Shown here in pieces: positions 63,879-64,000 of a DNA stretch of 64,000 nt. Location of the stretch: NCBI RefSeq assembly GCF_964204645.1, contig NW_027437442.1, positions 1-64,000 on the forward strand, read 5' to 3'. Source of the stretch: Tubulanus polymorphus (lineage: Eukaryota > Animalia > Nemertea). Position numbers and translations under genes: made by a program. Below the pieces are notes generated by a model, which saw only the letters and a program-made list of their open reading frames with translations, made no database searches and was not told where the DNA came from. The first letter of the stretch is position 1. The number at the start of each line of letters is the position of its first letter.

Positions 63879-64000
63879 CAAGAAAATAATGGCCATTCAC
63901 GCGTCTTAAGCCCAATATTTACTTCGTCGAGTTGGGTGTATTCTAACTTCAAATATGAATTGGACTACTTTAACCTGTTCTGGAGTTAAGCTCGGATTTC

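Overview
AT-rich animal nuclear DNA with GT-AG introns, probably a marine invertebrate (inferred from gene and TE families). There is no prokaryotic content and no CRISPR array. Host genes: a frameshifted class-A GPCR (-), a RING/TRAF-zinc-finger E3 ligase (+), a three-exon secreted and probably GPI-anchored cyclase/kynurenine-formamidase-family hydrolase (-), two paralogous mucin-like PTS-repeat exons (+), and the five 3' exons of a clan-3 cytochrome P450 (-). The rest is densely nested mobile DNA, many elements with readable target-site duplications (TSDs): an internally deleted BEL/Pao LTR element inside a Harbinger relic, an L2/CR1-type LINE whose 8-bp TSD duplicates a host splice acceptor, a probable solo LTR, a long-TIR element, a Helentron-type HINE, several MITEs, and a 10.9-kb Polinton/Maverick (52231-63095, 6-bp TSD). 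The most notable signal is in the Polinton DNA polymerase, where the catalytic YxDTDS motif is broken exactly after YFD by SVTADTQILL, the N-terminal block of a Pol-c-type intein. This points to an intein-bearing Polinton lineage in an animal genome. All calls come from reading the sequence by eye; no database searches were run.
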